A DNA stretch of 62,953 nt, the filler included, from Folioceros fuciformis (lineage: Eukaryota), in NCBI GenBank assembly GCA_049999805.1. It is 5 parts of 5 records of this genome, joined end to end, with 100 filler letters (N's around TTAATTAATTAA, not from the genome) between each part and the next. Parts side by side here need not be neighbours in the genome. Positions count along the whole stretch, not along the records: positions 30,954 to 48,592 come from JBNGIO010005085.1; 4 more parts are not named here. One strand, 5' to 3'. Every line of letters begins with the position of its first letter. Within the stretch, counting starts at the first letter, position 1. Positions 35,743 to 48,592 of this stretch are shown here, piece after piece. Below the pieces are notes generated by a model. It had not been told where the DNA came from, searched no databases, and saw only the letters and a list, made by a program, of their open reading frames with translations. A program made the position numbers and the translations under genes.

Positions 35743-38700
35743 TGTTAGAGTAAATGCCTTTTACCCTAGGTTAACCTGACTTAGATTAGTGGTTTATTAC
35801 CATAACTACAGTTAATACTTTTATTTGTATATATTTGGATCTCATTCATTATTCAAGTGCTTTTTCACAATTCTCTTTGTACACAGAATATTTCTGCAGC
35901 GTATCATGGTATCAGAGCCCAAAACAACATTTTTATTTGTGGTATTGGTCAGATGCCTGTGCACATGAGTCTTGCTCAGTAATTTGCTGAATGGGAACTC
36001 GTGTGCTAAGGTTCTGATCAGAACTTACACAATTTTGAAGTGTTAGATGTTCATGGGTGTCTAAAGAAAATTTCCTAAATAATTTTTCTAGATTAGCCAC
36101 ATGAGGTAGAGGCACTATGGCCAAAGGCAGAGGGTGTCGGGTTTTTGAATCACTTCATCCCGGTTACCTCAGTCTGCAACAAGTTGCTTGTGATATGCCT
36201 GCATGTCCAAGACGGAGAGATGTGAGGAATCTATTCAGAAGTGCCCAATTTCCAACAGAGAAAAGACAACCTGGATGTTTTCGAAGGGAACATAGGCTTT
36301 GAGTGAATCGAGTAGGTGTCTTGGAGCGGTGTCAACAACTTTGTGATGAGTTTCAGGAATCCTTGCTGCTGTTGTTGGATCTGCAAACACAAGTGCACAT
36401 TATCGAGCACATGCTGTTACAACTTATGCCTATGATCAGTCAGAGATTTACAGCTCTTGAAGACGTGGTAGCCCAGAATTGCTCTGCTGCTCAAGAGTTG
36501 TTGCTACTGATCAAGTGCTCGAAATCTACTGTCTCAGCTTGTGATTCCAAGGTGGCAATGTATCTTCCGTCCCTAAGGCTGCCTTGCGCTCTGTCACAAG
36601 CTCCAGCCTTGCTCTGACCAGTTCAGATTTGAAGAGGCGCGCTCAAGCTAAGGCGAGAGTGGTTGGTGCTGATCGGTGGGGTTTCTCCTGTCGGTTGCTC
36701 CTACACCTGCAGCGCCGGCCCCTACTGTTCTAGTGTCGAGGTTTGATGCGGCGTGTTTGGAGCTTATGCCTTGATCGAGACTCAGCCCTCAGCTCTCGTG
36801 GCGCTGCCACATGCGCATGTCTGCCTCCCGTGTAGCGTCTCCCTCTCTTGAGTTGTGCCCTTTCATGTCTCGGCTTTGGTGTCTTTGAGTTTTCTGGGTA
36901 TTTCGAACCGGTACTTAGTTAAAACTTTAAAAAAAGGAAACCTTAATTAAGTTTCTTTTGGTTTCTGTTTGTTTTAACTCTTCATCTTTGTGCATGTCTG
37001 CCCACTCTTCTAGTAGTGAGTCAGAAGATGTAGTTGAGCCTGATTCTGCTGATAGATTTGCCACTACCGATTCTGAAGTTGAAGACCAAATTAGGTTAAA
37101 TACCCAAATTACTTTGACACTACAAGAGCTTGCTAGATCAATTTCTAGTCCTCCTGTTTCTCAACCAGTTGCTCCTATTCCCTTCAACATGACATCAGCC
37201 AGTGGTGCCTCGACTTCTTTTGGATTAACTTATTCAGGTGAATTTAAAGAAAAGGACAGGTTTGATGGGAAATCCTCCCGATTCGAAAGCTAGCGTGCTC
37301 GGATGTGAGCCTTCTTGGACACTAGGGATGTGTGGGAGTATGTTGACAGATCACTTCCCAAGCCTGATCCTACTGATCCAAGAGTTACACAAGACATGAT
37401 TGATAAGTGGAAGAAGGGAAATAAAATAGCCTTTGCTATTCTACTCTTAGGCCTGGATGAGACAACAATGATTGAAGTTGAGTCCTTGCCAACTGCAGCA
37501 GAAGTTTGGACACAGTTGAAGGACACTTACCAGGTCCAGAATATTCTTACACTTATACATGCAAGAAATGAATTCTATGGCCTGAAGTTTTGCTATGGAG
37601 ATCCAGTGGGACCACATATTGTGAAGTTTTGCCATATGCGATCTCAACTAGCTGCTCTTGGATGCACTATGACTGAAGCAGATGCAATTGCTCAACTGCT
37701 TTCCAGCTTATCAATTTCTTATCAGAACTTTGTGTCAAGCCAGAATGCCTCAATTCACGCTTCTTATCAGGCTGTGAGTGCTGGTAAACCTTCTCTTATA
37801 ACGTTGAATGACTTGATTGGGGCCCTCCTGCAAGAGGAACAGAGCCGCCAGAAGTCAGGGCCTTCGTCTCGCCTTCGGGGAGAGAAGGTGCTTTACGTTT
37901 CAAAAGGAAAAGGTCCAAGATGCAGCAATAAGAACAAAAAGGAGGGATACTCACCTCGTCAATCTTCCTCCCCTGTTGTGAAGCGATAGGGCACTTGCAA
38001 TTGGTGTCAAATCCCAAGGCATTGGGAACGTGACTGTAGGAAGAAAAAGGTAGGTGAACCAAAGAAGGAGGGTCACCTTGTGGCTCAGGTTAGTACCAAG
38101 GAAGCACCTTCAAGAGTACAGCAGCACAAGAGTAGCAGTTCTGTTCTAACTCTTTGTCTCACCTCAAGTAAGGAGAACTCCTCCATGTGGTTTGTGGACT
38201 CCGGGTCCACTTCGCACATCTACAATAACAGGAATCTATTTTCTATGTTCAGCTATCAAACACCTTTTCGTACTGTATATGTTGGTGACTCTAGAGGACT
38301 TGAGGTTGAAGGAAGTGGTCAAGCTAACATACCACTGTTGGATGGCACCTCCTTGCAGCTCTTTGATGTGTTGTATGTACCGCCTATGAGCAAAATTTTG
38401 CTCTCTGTTAGAGCAATTACCTCTGCTGGACAATATGGATTTAGCTTTGAGCACAACCACTGTTTTCTTTACAGAATAAAGGATCCACGGTATTATGTTG
38501 CTAAAGCTATTTTGCAGGATGATTTGTATCAGTTGGATACCTCTTCTCCTTGTAGTGTTCAGGCGTTGGTGGCCTCTAATTCTCTTCAAGCTAAGCTTTG
38601 GCATGCACGTTTGGGTCATGTCAACCAGTCTAAACTCAATCTGATGTCCCATCTAGCTGCTATCGTGATAAGTTGCCTTCCTATTTCAAGCACCTTGCAC

Positions 38701-41116
38701 CCTGCAGTGCTTGCATATTGTCTAAACAAAAGGAGCTTCCCTTTAAAAATCATATGGCTACAAGAGCTAGAGCAGTCCTTGAGTTGATACATGCAGATCT
38801 TGCAAGGAAACTTCCAATTAAATCTCTTGGTGGGTCTGAGTATTACTTATCTCTCACAGATGATTTTTCTCGCTATACCTAGACTTTTCCTTTGCAGCTG
38901 AAGAGTGATGCCTTTGATCATATTTCCACATGGATTCCTATGGTTCAAAGACAAACAGAACATTTGGTTAAGTGTTTTCGCACAGATAATGGTGGCGAAT
39001 TCACTAGACATAGGTTTGATGACTTGTTTCAGCTTTATGGAATTACAAGGCAACTAGTTGTCTATTCCATACACACAGCAGCAAAATGGTGTGGCTGAGA
39101 GAAAGAATCAAACCTTAATGGGTATGACCAGAAGTATGTTGGCTTGGGCAGGTCTTCCAAAGTCCTTTTGGGCTGAAGCTGTGGTTGCTACCACTTATAT
39201 TTTGAATAGAGTTGTCACAGCTGCTCTTCCAAGACGTACACCTTATGAGGCGTTTTGGGGTCGCAAGCCAAGTCTTCTTCATCTTCGGGTCTTTGGGTCT
39301 CCAACCTTTGCATTTGTTCCTGAAGCCAAAAGGGGGAAATCAAATCATAGGTCCAAGCCCTTAGTTTTTCTTGGCTACTCAGAAGAATCCAAGGCCTATA
39401 AGCTATTTGACCCTCAGACACATAGGATAACACTAGCTCGTAGTGTTACATTTAGGGAGATTACCTCTTGTAAGTCTGACTCTGTTTGTGGTGATGTTGT
39501 TCCCTTGACTGCTGAGTTGGATGAATCTTCTAGTGAGGTTTCTTCAGTCATGTTTCCTCTATCTGATGGTGGTCTGGATACATCTACTGGCTCCACCATT
39601 CCTGCCACTGGTGATCAGCATATAGATGCAAATTTAGAGGGAGTTGGTGCTACAGTCGCTGATGTACCTGATGTGTTTGATCAATTGCCTTCTGATGAGG
39701 ATGTTGTTGATGAAGAGGATGCTGGGCTTGGAGACTTTGTTGCTCAACCTCTTGAAGAGGACCCTCCTCTTAATGCTGACCCAGCTCCACGTTACCCTAT
39801 GCGTGAGCGTCGACTACAGGATCAGTGGTTAGAGCAGCCATATCAGTCTATTGATTTTAGGAAGCCCTCAGCCCATGTAGCTGCTATCTCTATACCTGAT
39901 GTGAGACTTGATCCTCAATCGTATAGGGAAGCCTTGGAAGGACCTGATGGAGCACTTTGGCGCATCTCTATAGCTGATGAGTACAACTCTTTGATTAAAA
40001 ATAACGCTTGGGAGCTAGCAGACTTGCCACCTGGGAGGAAGCCCATTACATGTAAATGGGTGTTTAAGACAAAGCTCAAGGCTGATGGGACTATAACTAG
40101 ACATAAATCTCGACTGGTGGCACATGGCTTCAGTCAGATACTAGGTATTGACTATGGTGATATCAACCTTTAGTCCTGTTGTGAAGCCGCCTTCAGTGCG
40201 CATTCTTCTAGCTATGGCAATCGAGTTCGATCTAGAGCTCCATCAGATGGACGTCTGCACTACCTTTCTTCATGGAGAGTTGGAAGAGGTCTTATACATG
40301 ACACAGCCATAGGGTTTTGTTAGTAAGGAGTATCCCAACAAAGTATGTAAGTTACTCAAGACTATATATGGCTTGAAACAGAGCCCAAGGGCTTGGTTCA
40401 AACGGATAATGAAGTTTCTGAAACAGTCTGGTTTTTGTCAGTCTTCAGCAGATTCAAATGTTTCTTACCAGTCAGAAAGTGATTTGTTTGTGATCCTTGC
40501 CTTATATGTCGATGATGCAATCTTGTTAAGCAACAGTCTTCATTAGCTGGATAAGGTGAAGGCTCTCCTACGATCAGAATTTGAAATGACTGATTAGGGA
40601 CCTTTGCAATTTTGCTTAGGAGTACAAATACTTAGAGACAAACAGCACGGGATCATTGTTCTTCATCAAACTAAATACTTGAAGGAAATCCTTACCCGTT
40701 TTCATTTGGAAGCTGCTCGTCCAACTACTACACCGTTTGTAGTGGGAGATAAGCTTACCATTGAGCAGTCTCTACAGTCTGCAGCTGATAAGGAAGACAT
40801 GGCTTTAGTTCCGTACGCAGAAGCTATGGGTTGTTTAATCTTCTGTGCAAACTGGACCAGGCCAGATATTTCGTACGCTGTCAGCATGGTGTCCAAGTTC
40901 CTGAAAAATCCTGGTAGGTCTCACTGGAATGCTGCTAAAAGGATTTATAGATATCTTAAGGGCACATTGAGCTATGGCCTGCACTACACATCCGATGGGA
41001 GGAGTGAGTTTTCACTTACAGCTTTTGCAGACGCAGATTGGGCAGCTGATACCGATTCCAGAAGAAGCCTTTCAGCATATGTTTGTTTGTTGGCTTCTGG
41101 TTCGATTAACTGGTCT
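35743..41116 (+). mobile_element. Ty1/Copia LTR retrotransposon: short 5' LTR ~35743-35906, PBS-Met 35907-35919, gag-pol ~37190-41116 with stops, 3' truncated
   Basis: CA|TGGTATCAGAGCC; gag knuckle CNWCQIPRHWERDC; protease WFVDSGSTSH; LWHARLGH; integrase RTDNGGEF / PYTQQQNGVAERKN; RT LYVDD; RNase H FADADWA. Confidence 0.95.
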
Positions 41117-41432
41117 TGTAAGATCAAGAAAACATATAATTCTATACATCAATGCATATGTTTATGCATTTACTAGGATGCATTATGTACGCCCTGCTCT
41201 AATACCATAACAAATAAACTTGTCTATATTAAGAATAATATTGTTGGATTACATTGTGTGTATCAAGAAGAGCTTAAGACATATGTTGAAAAGACACTAT
41301 AGCTCTAACTTAAACGACATAACTGTTCACTATAAGTCGCAACCCTAACGAACGGGCACTTAATAATTATTTATTCTAAGTACCCCTATAAACCACTATA
41401 TATGTGCCTTTAATTGGCTAGATATTATCAAC
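41117..41432 (-). mobile_element. Probable LTR of another element interrupting the Copia RNase H
   Basis: Coding breaks at WSC|TGTAAGATC; segment bounded TG...CA (..TATCAACA) with a purine-rich tract next to it on the minus strand; no TSD found. Confidence 0.4.
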
Positions 41433-41489
41433 ACTATCTCTTAACACAGCTTGGGAGCAGCTTTACAGCTCATCCTATGGAAAGTTTCT

Positions 41490-41597
41490 TGCAAAAGTAA
41501 TAGAGGCTCAATGTTGGGCCCTTGACAAGCCTATCTCGGCCACTGAGGTGGTCCAAGATTTGAAGGAGATGCCAAGGAACAAATCTCCAGGGCATGA
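41490..41597 (+). mobile_element. LINE (L1-type) ORF2 fragment
   Basis: Translates EVVQDLKEMPRNKSPGHDGIPPEF, the K(S/A)PG.DG...EF pre-RT motif. Confidence 0.75.
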
Positions 41598-41631
41598 TGG
41601 CATTCCTCCGGAGTTTCCTTCTTGGGGGTGG

Positions 41632-42093
41632 TGTAGGGTTATTAAAGCCTAAAGGCTTGAGATAGGATCGAGAGGAGGATTTAGAGAAGAAAGGATGGAT
41701 TCTTGATGAGGGCCGTGTGGCCGCTTTAAAGTTGCGAGGACGCCGCTTAGTGGCGTCCCGTAACTTGTGTCGGTTATGTATTTAGGGTCCCCAGGGGCAT
41801 CTTTAGGAATCTAACGATTCCTATCTGATGCCCCTATTTAATATGCTAATAAATATAATTAATAATAATGCTGGCTATAATAATTTAACCTACTTTTAAA
41901 GCCCAATGTGCTTAGACTAATGTGTTTAGTCTAAGATTAGTGTCTAGTTAAGTATCATTTCTTTAGATGAGCTTAAGCTCATCTTTAGAAAGCTTCTTGC
42001 GCAACTTCTTGTGAGCTTCTTGTGAAGCTTCCTTGGGAGCTCTTCTAGAGGGCATAAATACCCTCTTGAGCTCCCTTGCAATATAGTGTGTGT
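41632..42093 (+). mobile_element. LTR fragment (GGGGGTGG tract then TGTAGGG) into which the next Copia inserted
   Basis: G-rich tract followed by TG; TATA-like CATAAATACCC at ~42054; cut off at 42093 by the Copia 5' LTR. Confidence 0.4.
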
Positions 42094-45000
42094 TGTTGAG
42101 TTATCGAGCTCTATATGAGCTAAACTCATGTGGTGTTAGTTATCCCGGTTGGGTTCACACTAGACTAGTTTTAGTTATTAGTGAACCAGTTAACTTGTGG
42201 ATTTGATAGTATATATAGAGGCACTTAGAATAGTGTAGATTATCCCATATTGAACCTTGAAGTTGTGTACCCCTAAATGTACTACTTAAATGGAGACCTC
42301 GGATCTCTATAGTAAGATAGTAGTGATATGTATTGTTTTTGGTTGTGACCACCAATACCACCCTCTCCTCTTCTCTCCTCTCCTACACTTGCACATAGAC
42401 TAGAGTCAATCCTATTGACATGGTATCAAAGCTTGAGAGCCAGATTGCTAGGCGTAGCACAGAGCTGGAGAGGCAGGCGGCTACACCTGAAGGCGGTGCA
42501 AGATCGGCGTAGGAGGTGCTGCAAGAGGCAGCAAGAGTGCACGGCGGTGCAAGATCGGCGTAGGAGGCGCTGCAAGAGGCAGCAAGAGTGCACGGTGGTG
42601 CAAGATTGGCGTAGGAGGTGCTGCAAGAGGCAGCAAGAGTGCACACCGGGAGTTGGAGCAGCTACGAGGAGTTGGAGCAGCTACGAGGAGTTGGAGCAGC
42701 TTGGAGGGAAATTGGCAGCAAGTGTCCCGGCAGCTAACTCTCACATCGGTGTGTGCAGGAAGTGAGGAGAAGGGCGACAAGGCCCTATCGGCCTGCCGGA
42801 CGGGCTGTTGATTCCCGGAGCCCTGTGGAAGGGCTGACAAGTGGAGGCAATAGCTGTAGCAGCCTCAGCAGCTGCAAGAAAGTGTGCTAACCCTAGCTTG
42901 GTAGCAGGGAAGGAATTGATAGGAAATCTCATATGAGCTTTGTCTAGAAAATTCCGTAGGAGCTTATTCCAACAAAATCGGCAGGAGGCCGTAAGTTGTT
43001 TTGGTAGAGGCCATGGGCAGACCGTCAAGAGTCTATAAGGACACGGAGCATGAGACAATCTGGTTCACGCAAGGCAACGTGATTCCGCACCAGATTGCTC
43101 TTAGGAAGCAGAGACTTAAGGTCGTGTGAGTAAAACTCCAGTTAGAAGTAGTCTGGTTCTTGCAGACATTTATTAGGTGTGAGTACTCAAGAAGGATTGA
43201 GTATCAACCTTGAGTGGTGGCAGGAATGGCCAGTGATAGTATTAACTAGATTGTGTAGGAGAAGCTGGACAAAAACAACTTCCATGCCTGGAAGTTTTGT
43301 TTTATAAACTTTCTCATGGGAAAGGGGTATTGGGACTACATTGAGGGGGAGCATGAAAAATCCCTTGTAGTACTTGAACAGAATGCAACAGCGGAGCAGA
43401 TTAAGGCGCTGAAGGAGTCAAGGATCTCGGAAGGTCATGTATTGGCTGTCAATCAGCATTCATGACACCATGATTGGGCACATACAGGATGTAGAGTCAC
43501 CCAAAAAAGCATGGGATGAGCTGGTCAAACTCTATCAGACTAACACAAAGGCGAGGAAACTGCAGTTGAAGAATGACTTCAACATAGTTACGAAGAAGAA
43601 CTTGACAATCAATGAGTACACGTTAAAGATCAAAGGGATAGTGGAATCCCTTGCATCCATTGGTGTCAGTGTAGAAGATGACAACAAGGTCGAAGTTTGC
43701 TTGCGCGGGTTAACACCTGCCTATAAGCAGTTCAAGACTTCCATACAGACTCGGGAAAACATTCCCAATTTCTCATACCTGATTTCTATGTTGGTCATAG
43801 AGGAGAAAAACCTAGGCAAGGAATCATCCTCTAAGCCTAAAGAAAACTTTGAGCAGGCCTTCTACTCTGGCAAAGGTAGAGGTAGAGGTAGAGCCCAAGG
43901 TAGCAGAGGGCAAAGAGGTGGTAGAGGTAGAAATTCCTACCAAAATCAGCAACAGAATCAGGAGTCCTAGTATAAGAGTACACGTGTAAGAGGAGAAATT
44001 TCTCGAGGCTGGGGGAGTCAAAGAGGATGTGGAAATCAACAACAAAATGATGCAAATACAGACAATAGTGGTTGCTGTACTTGTGGTAGGTTAGACCACT
44101 TCGAAAGAGACTGTCCACGGAGAAATCAAGGCAACAGGAGGCAACAGAACAATTATGCCTCTAGCAGTAGTCAGAATGACTCGGACAACTTGTTTGTCAT
44201 GCAGCATACGCTTAACTCTGTGTCTGCTAATGGATCCAACAATGGTGAGATTATGTGGTATGTGAACTCATGAGCTTCAAACCACATAACATGCCATGGG
44301 GAGTGGTTCAAAGAAATGCAAGTGCTTGACAAACCTGAATATGTGGAAACTGGAGATGACACAATACATGCAATTGTGCATACAGGTGCTGTACCTCTGA
44401 AGATGCAGGATGGCAAAGTGAAGTGCTTGGTAGATGTTCTTCACGTACCCAACATCACAAAGAACATGGTGTCGGTTGGGCAGATGGTTAAGCAAGGACT
44501 GCAGGTTAGGTTTACACCTGTAGGACTCTTCGTTGAAGAATGCAAGAAAGGTGGTTGCCTAATTGCTCAAGGATAGAAGGTTGGACGGATGTTCATCTTG
44601 AACGAGGAGGTTCCTAAGCTGAGGTCAGCCATGTTTGCGAAGGGTATAAGGGTATTGGCAGACCTAGAGATGTGGCACAAACCCATTGGACATGTGAATG
44701 TGTAGAAGTTGAAGTCCATGCAGCATCAGAAGGTTGTCTCAGGCATACCCAAGCTTATAGCAAATGGACTACAAGGTGTATGTGAAGCATGTCAACTTGG
44801 GAAACAGCCCAGGAATGCGTTCCCCCATGACAAATGTGTCAGCAGACATGTGTTGGATGTTGTGCATTCAGATGTATGGGGTCCTACACAGACTACATCA
44901 ATCGGAGGATGCAAGTACTATGTGACCTTCATTGACGACCACAAAAGGAAGGTGTGGGTCTATTTCATGAAAGAAAAGAGTGAAGTGATCACTCATTTTC

Positions 45001-47764
45001 ATACTTTCAAGGCGATGGTTGAGAAGCAGATAGGTAGGCACATCAAATGCCTAAGATCTGATGGAGGGGGAGAGTACTTCTCCATAGAGTTTAGCAAATT
45101 CTTATATGAACAGGGCATTCAACGGCAGTACTCATGTCATTATATGCCGCAACAAAATGGAGTTGCAGAGTGCAAGAACAGGCACATAGCAGAAGTGGCG
45201 AGAGCATTGATAACAGAGAAGAAGATGCCTCACTACTATTGGGCTGAAGCTATAAACACAACAGTGTACATCATGAACAGAACTCCCACAGCAGCAGTGC
45301 ATAGTGTAATACTGGAGGTGAAGTTCACACGGAAGAAACCCGACTTGTCACACTTAAAGGTATTTGGTTGCATCGCTTATGTCCATATTCTGGATGAGTT
45401 GCGGACTAAGCTTGATCCAAAAGCAGAAAAGTGTGTCTTCATTGGGTATTCTATTACACAAAAAGGATACAGGTGCTACAATCCCAGTATATGAACTATG
45501 AGAGTAAGCAGAGACGTAGTCTTTGATGAAATGGCTAGCTGGTACTTTGAAGTACAAGCAAGTAGTGTAGCTGATGTGCATGAAACTGAGGAAACAAGCA
45601 ATGCAGGTCAACAATGAAAAGTGTTGAGTGGACCGCAAGCGTCATCAAACTTGACAAATGTTCAGAATCCATGGAGTGGTAGGTTGTGAGGTAGTGTGAG
45701 CTTTGCGAGCTCCACAGTTGTGTCTCGCAAAGGGAAGGAAAAAGTCCAGGATTCAAAGATACCAGACCTGAGTGCAGGTGCAAATGATTCAAGCGACTCT
45801 GAGCAGAGCTTGGATGAGGAATTCGGTGTACCGAAAATTGAAACACCCGGTGCAAAAGAGGTTCAATCAGCCCCTGGATGTGTTTCAATCCCACGGAGAT
45901 CTAGAATGCAAAAGGTTCCAATATAGCGGTTGACCTATGTTAGCTATGTAGCTAGGCACCGTGCCTATATGGCAAAGGTTGTGCAGGATGTGGAACCAAG
46001 AAGCTTTGAAGAAGTTATTGGAGACACAAAGTGGGAACATGCCATGGATGAAGAAATGAATGCATTAGATCAGAATGCAACATGGGACCTAATATAGCTA
46101 CCTGAAGGCAAGAAACCAATAGGTTAGGGACATGCCCAGACATATGGAATAGATTTTGAGGAGACGTTCAATCCAGTTGCCAAAATGGCAACAATTTGAA
46201 CTGTGATCGCACTAGCGGCATCGAAAGGTTGGGTCCTACATCATATGGATGTGAAGAATACGTTCTTACATGGAGAATTGCTGGAAGAAGTATACATGGA
46301 CCAGCCACTAGGTTATGAGGATTTGGATGATCCAAATCATATGTGCAAGCTGAAAAAAAAACGTTGTACAGACTGAAGCAAGCCCCGAGGGCTTGGCATG
46401 AGCATTTTGCTCAACATCTGATTCACATCGGATTCAACATGGTAGATGTGGATCATTCATTGTATGTGTGTAGAAGTACAAAAGGATTGGTCTTTGTGAC
46501 CATTTATGTGGATGATCTAATCATTGGAGGTAATCAGTTGGATCAAGTGGAGCAGATCAAGGAACTTCTGCAACAAGAGTTCAAGATGACGGACCTAGGT
46601 GAACTGAGGTTCTTCTTGGGCATTGAAATTGTACGAACCAAAACAGGCATTTGGCTGTCATAGCGGAAGTATGCGTCAGATGTACTAACTAAGTATGGTA
46701 TGGCTGAGTGCAAGCCAATCTCGATTCCTTTGGATCAAAATCTGAAGCTCAGTGCTCATGATGGTGAAGCACTTGAAGATCCAACAATGTACAAGAAGAT
46801 TGTGGGTAGCTTATATATCTCACTCTATCCAGACCAGATTTGAACTATACAATGGGACTACAGAGTCAGCTTATGTAGGCGCCAAGAGAGCCACATTTGG
46901 ATGCAGTAGGGCGAACGTTGCGCTATGTGAAGGCAACTATGGATCATGCTCTCTTTTATGCTGCAGATTCAGAAATAAACCTGTGTGGGTACACAGATGC
47001 AGATTGGGCAAGCAGTATTACTGATCGTAGATCTACAAGTGGATTCATATTTTCACTTGGGAGTGCAGCAATAACATGGAGTAGCAAGAAGCAGCCTACA
47101 GTGGCTTTGTCTAGTATAGAAGCTGAATACAGAGGCGCAGCAATGGCAGCGTGTGAAGTGACTTGGATTTGTAAGTTAGTCGAAGATTTTGGATAGTAGG
47201 TCAACGACAAAGTTGTTATCTACTGTGACAATCTTAGCATCATACAGTTGGCACGAAACCCAGGTTTCATGCCAAGACGAAACACATTGAGGTACATTAT
47301 CATTTCCTTCGAGAAAGGATTTTATCTGGAGCTATTGATCTTGTGTATGTCAACATAGACGAGTAGATAACCGATATATTTACTAAGCCAATGGAAGTAG
47401 AGAAGCTGAAGAAATTCTGAGCTATGTTAGGCATACAGATGCTATGTTGAGCTTGAGGGGGAGTGTTGAGTTATCGAGCTCTATATGAGCTAAACTCATG
47501 TGGTGTTAGTTATCCCGGTTGGGTTCACACTAGACTAGTTCTAGTTATTAGTGAACCAGTTAACTTGTGGATTTGATAGTATATAAAGGGGCAGTTAGGA
47601 TAGTGTAGATTATCCCATATTGAACCTTGAAGTTGTGTACCTCTAAATGTACTACTTAAATGGAGACCTCGGACTTCCATAGTAAGACAATGATGATATG
47701 TATTGTTTTTGGTTGTGACTTCCATAGTAAGACAATGATGATATGTATTGTTTTTGGTTGTGAC
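42094..47764 (+). mobile_element. Near full-length Ty1/Copia element: 5' LTR 42094-42420, PBS 42421-42432, gag-pol ~43227-47450 (inactivated), PPT ~47454-47463, truncated 3' LTR from 47464
   Basis: TGTTGAGTTATCG.. at both LTRs; CA|TGGTATCAAAGC; knuckle CCTCGRLDHFERDC; integrase VHSDVWGP, LRSDGGGEY; RT IYVDDL; RNase H YTDADWA; TTGAGGGGGAG|TG. Confidence 0.97.
42492..42644. repeat. 51-bp tandem repeat x3 in the Copia 5' UTR
   Basis: GG(C/T)GGTGCAAGAT(C/T)GGCGTAGGAGG(T/C)GCTGCAAGAGGCAGCAAGAGTGCAC x3. Confidence 0.9.
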
Positions 47765-48592
47765 TGTTGAGATGTCACCCCCGCCATGCTCAAAGGAGGT
47801 TAAAACAAGTTAGTTGAAGCAAGATGCAGAATCCCAAAACTAAGAGCACTATAACAAGGCTCTTAAACTCAAATAAAAAGGAGAATTACAAAAAAAACAC
47901 AATACAAGTGAAGAGGGAGTTAGGCTGCATATACTAAGTGGGTTCATCCCTTCTTTTATGGACCTATGGGTGGCACTCTCATTTCGTGCTCAATATGGGA
48001 TAAATGACCCCAAACCCTATAATACTTTTTTTGCCTAACATAGCAAAGTCTAATAAGCTATATATATATATATTAATCATAACCTTAATCACTCTTACTA
48101 CTAATTAGTACTAACTCAATAAGCTGGATTAGCACTAATTAATCTCAACATTAATTATGCTTAACACTCACACTCAGCGCACTTGAGTTTGCTTGAGTCC
48201 AAGTAGTCCCCTGCATTTCTCAAACTTGAACTTACTCACTGCCTTGGTTAAGAAATCTGCAGCCATTTCCTCACTGTTGCAATATTCAAAGGTAACCTCC
48301 AATAACTTCACCTTCTCACATACAAAGTGATGTTGAATGTCAATATGCTTTGTCCTTGCATGATGCACTGGATTCTTGATCAAGGCCATACTTCCTTGAC
48401 TATCGCTCCTAAGAGTGGTCGGATGCAATTGTTCATAACCAATCTCCTTCACGAGCTTTCTCAACCATACGGCCTCCTTGGTGGCTTGTGTGGATGCCAT
48501 GTACTCAGCTTCAACTGTCGATATGGCCACCGTGGGTTGCTTCTTACTATTCCAGGTAATGGCACCTCCTCCTAAAATAAAAGTATATCCTG
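47765..48592 (-). mobile_element. 3' end of an antisense Copia (RNase H 48592-48174, LTR ~48166-47765) inserted in the preceding 3' LTR
   Basis: AISTVEAEY..SDSQGSMALIKNPVHHARTKHIDIQHHFV..ADFLTKA; TGAGTGTGAG|TGTTAAG ... CTCAACA. Confidence 0.88.
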
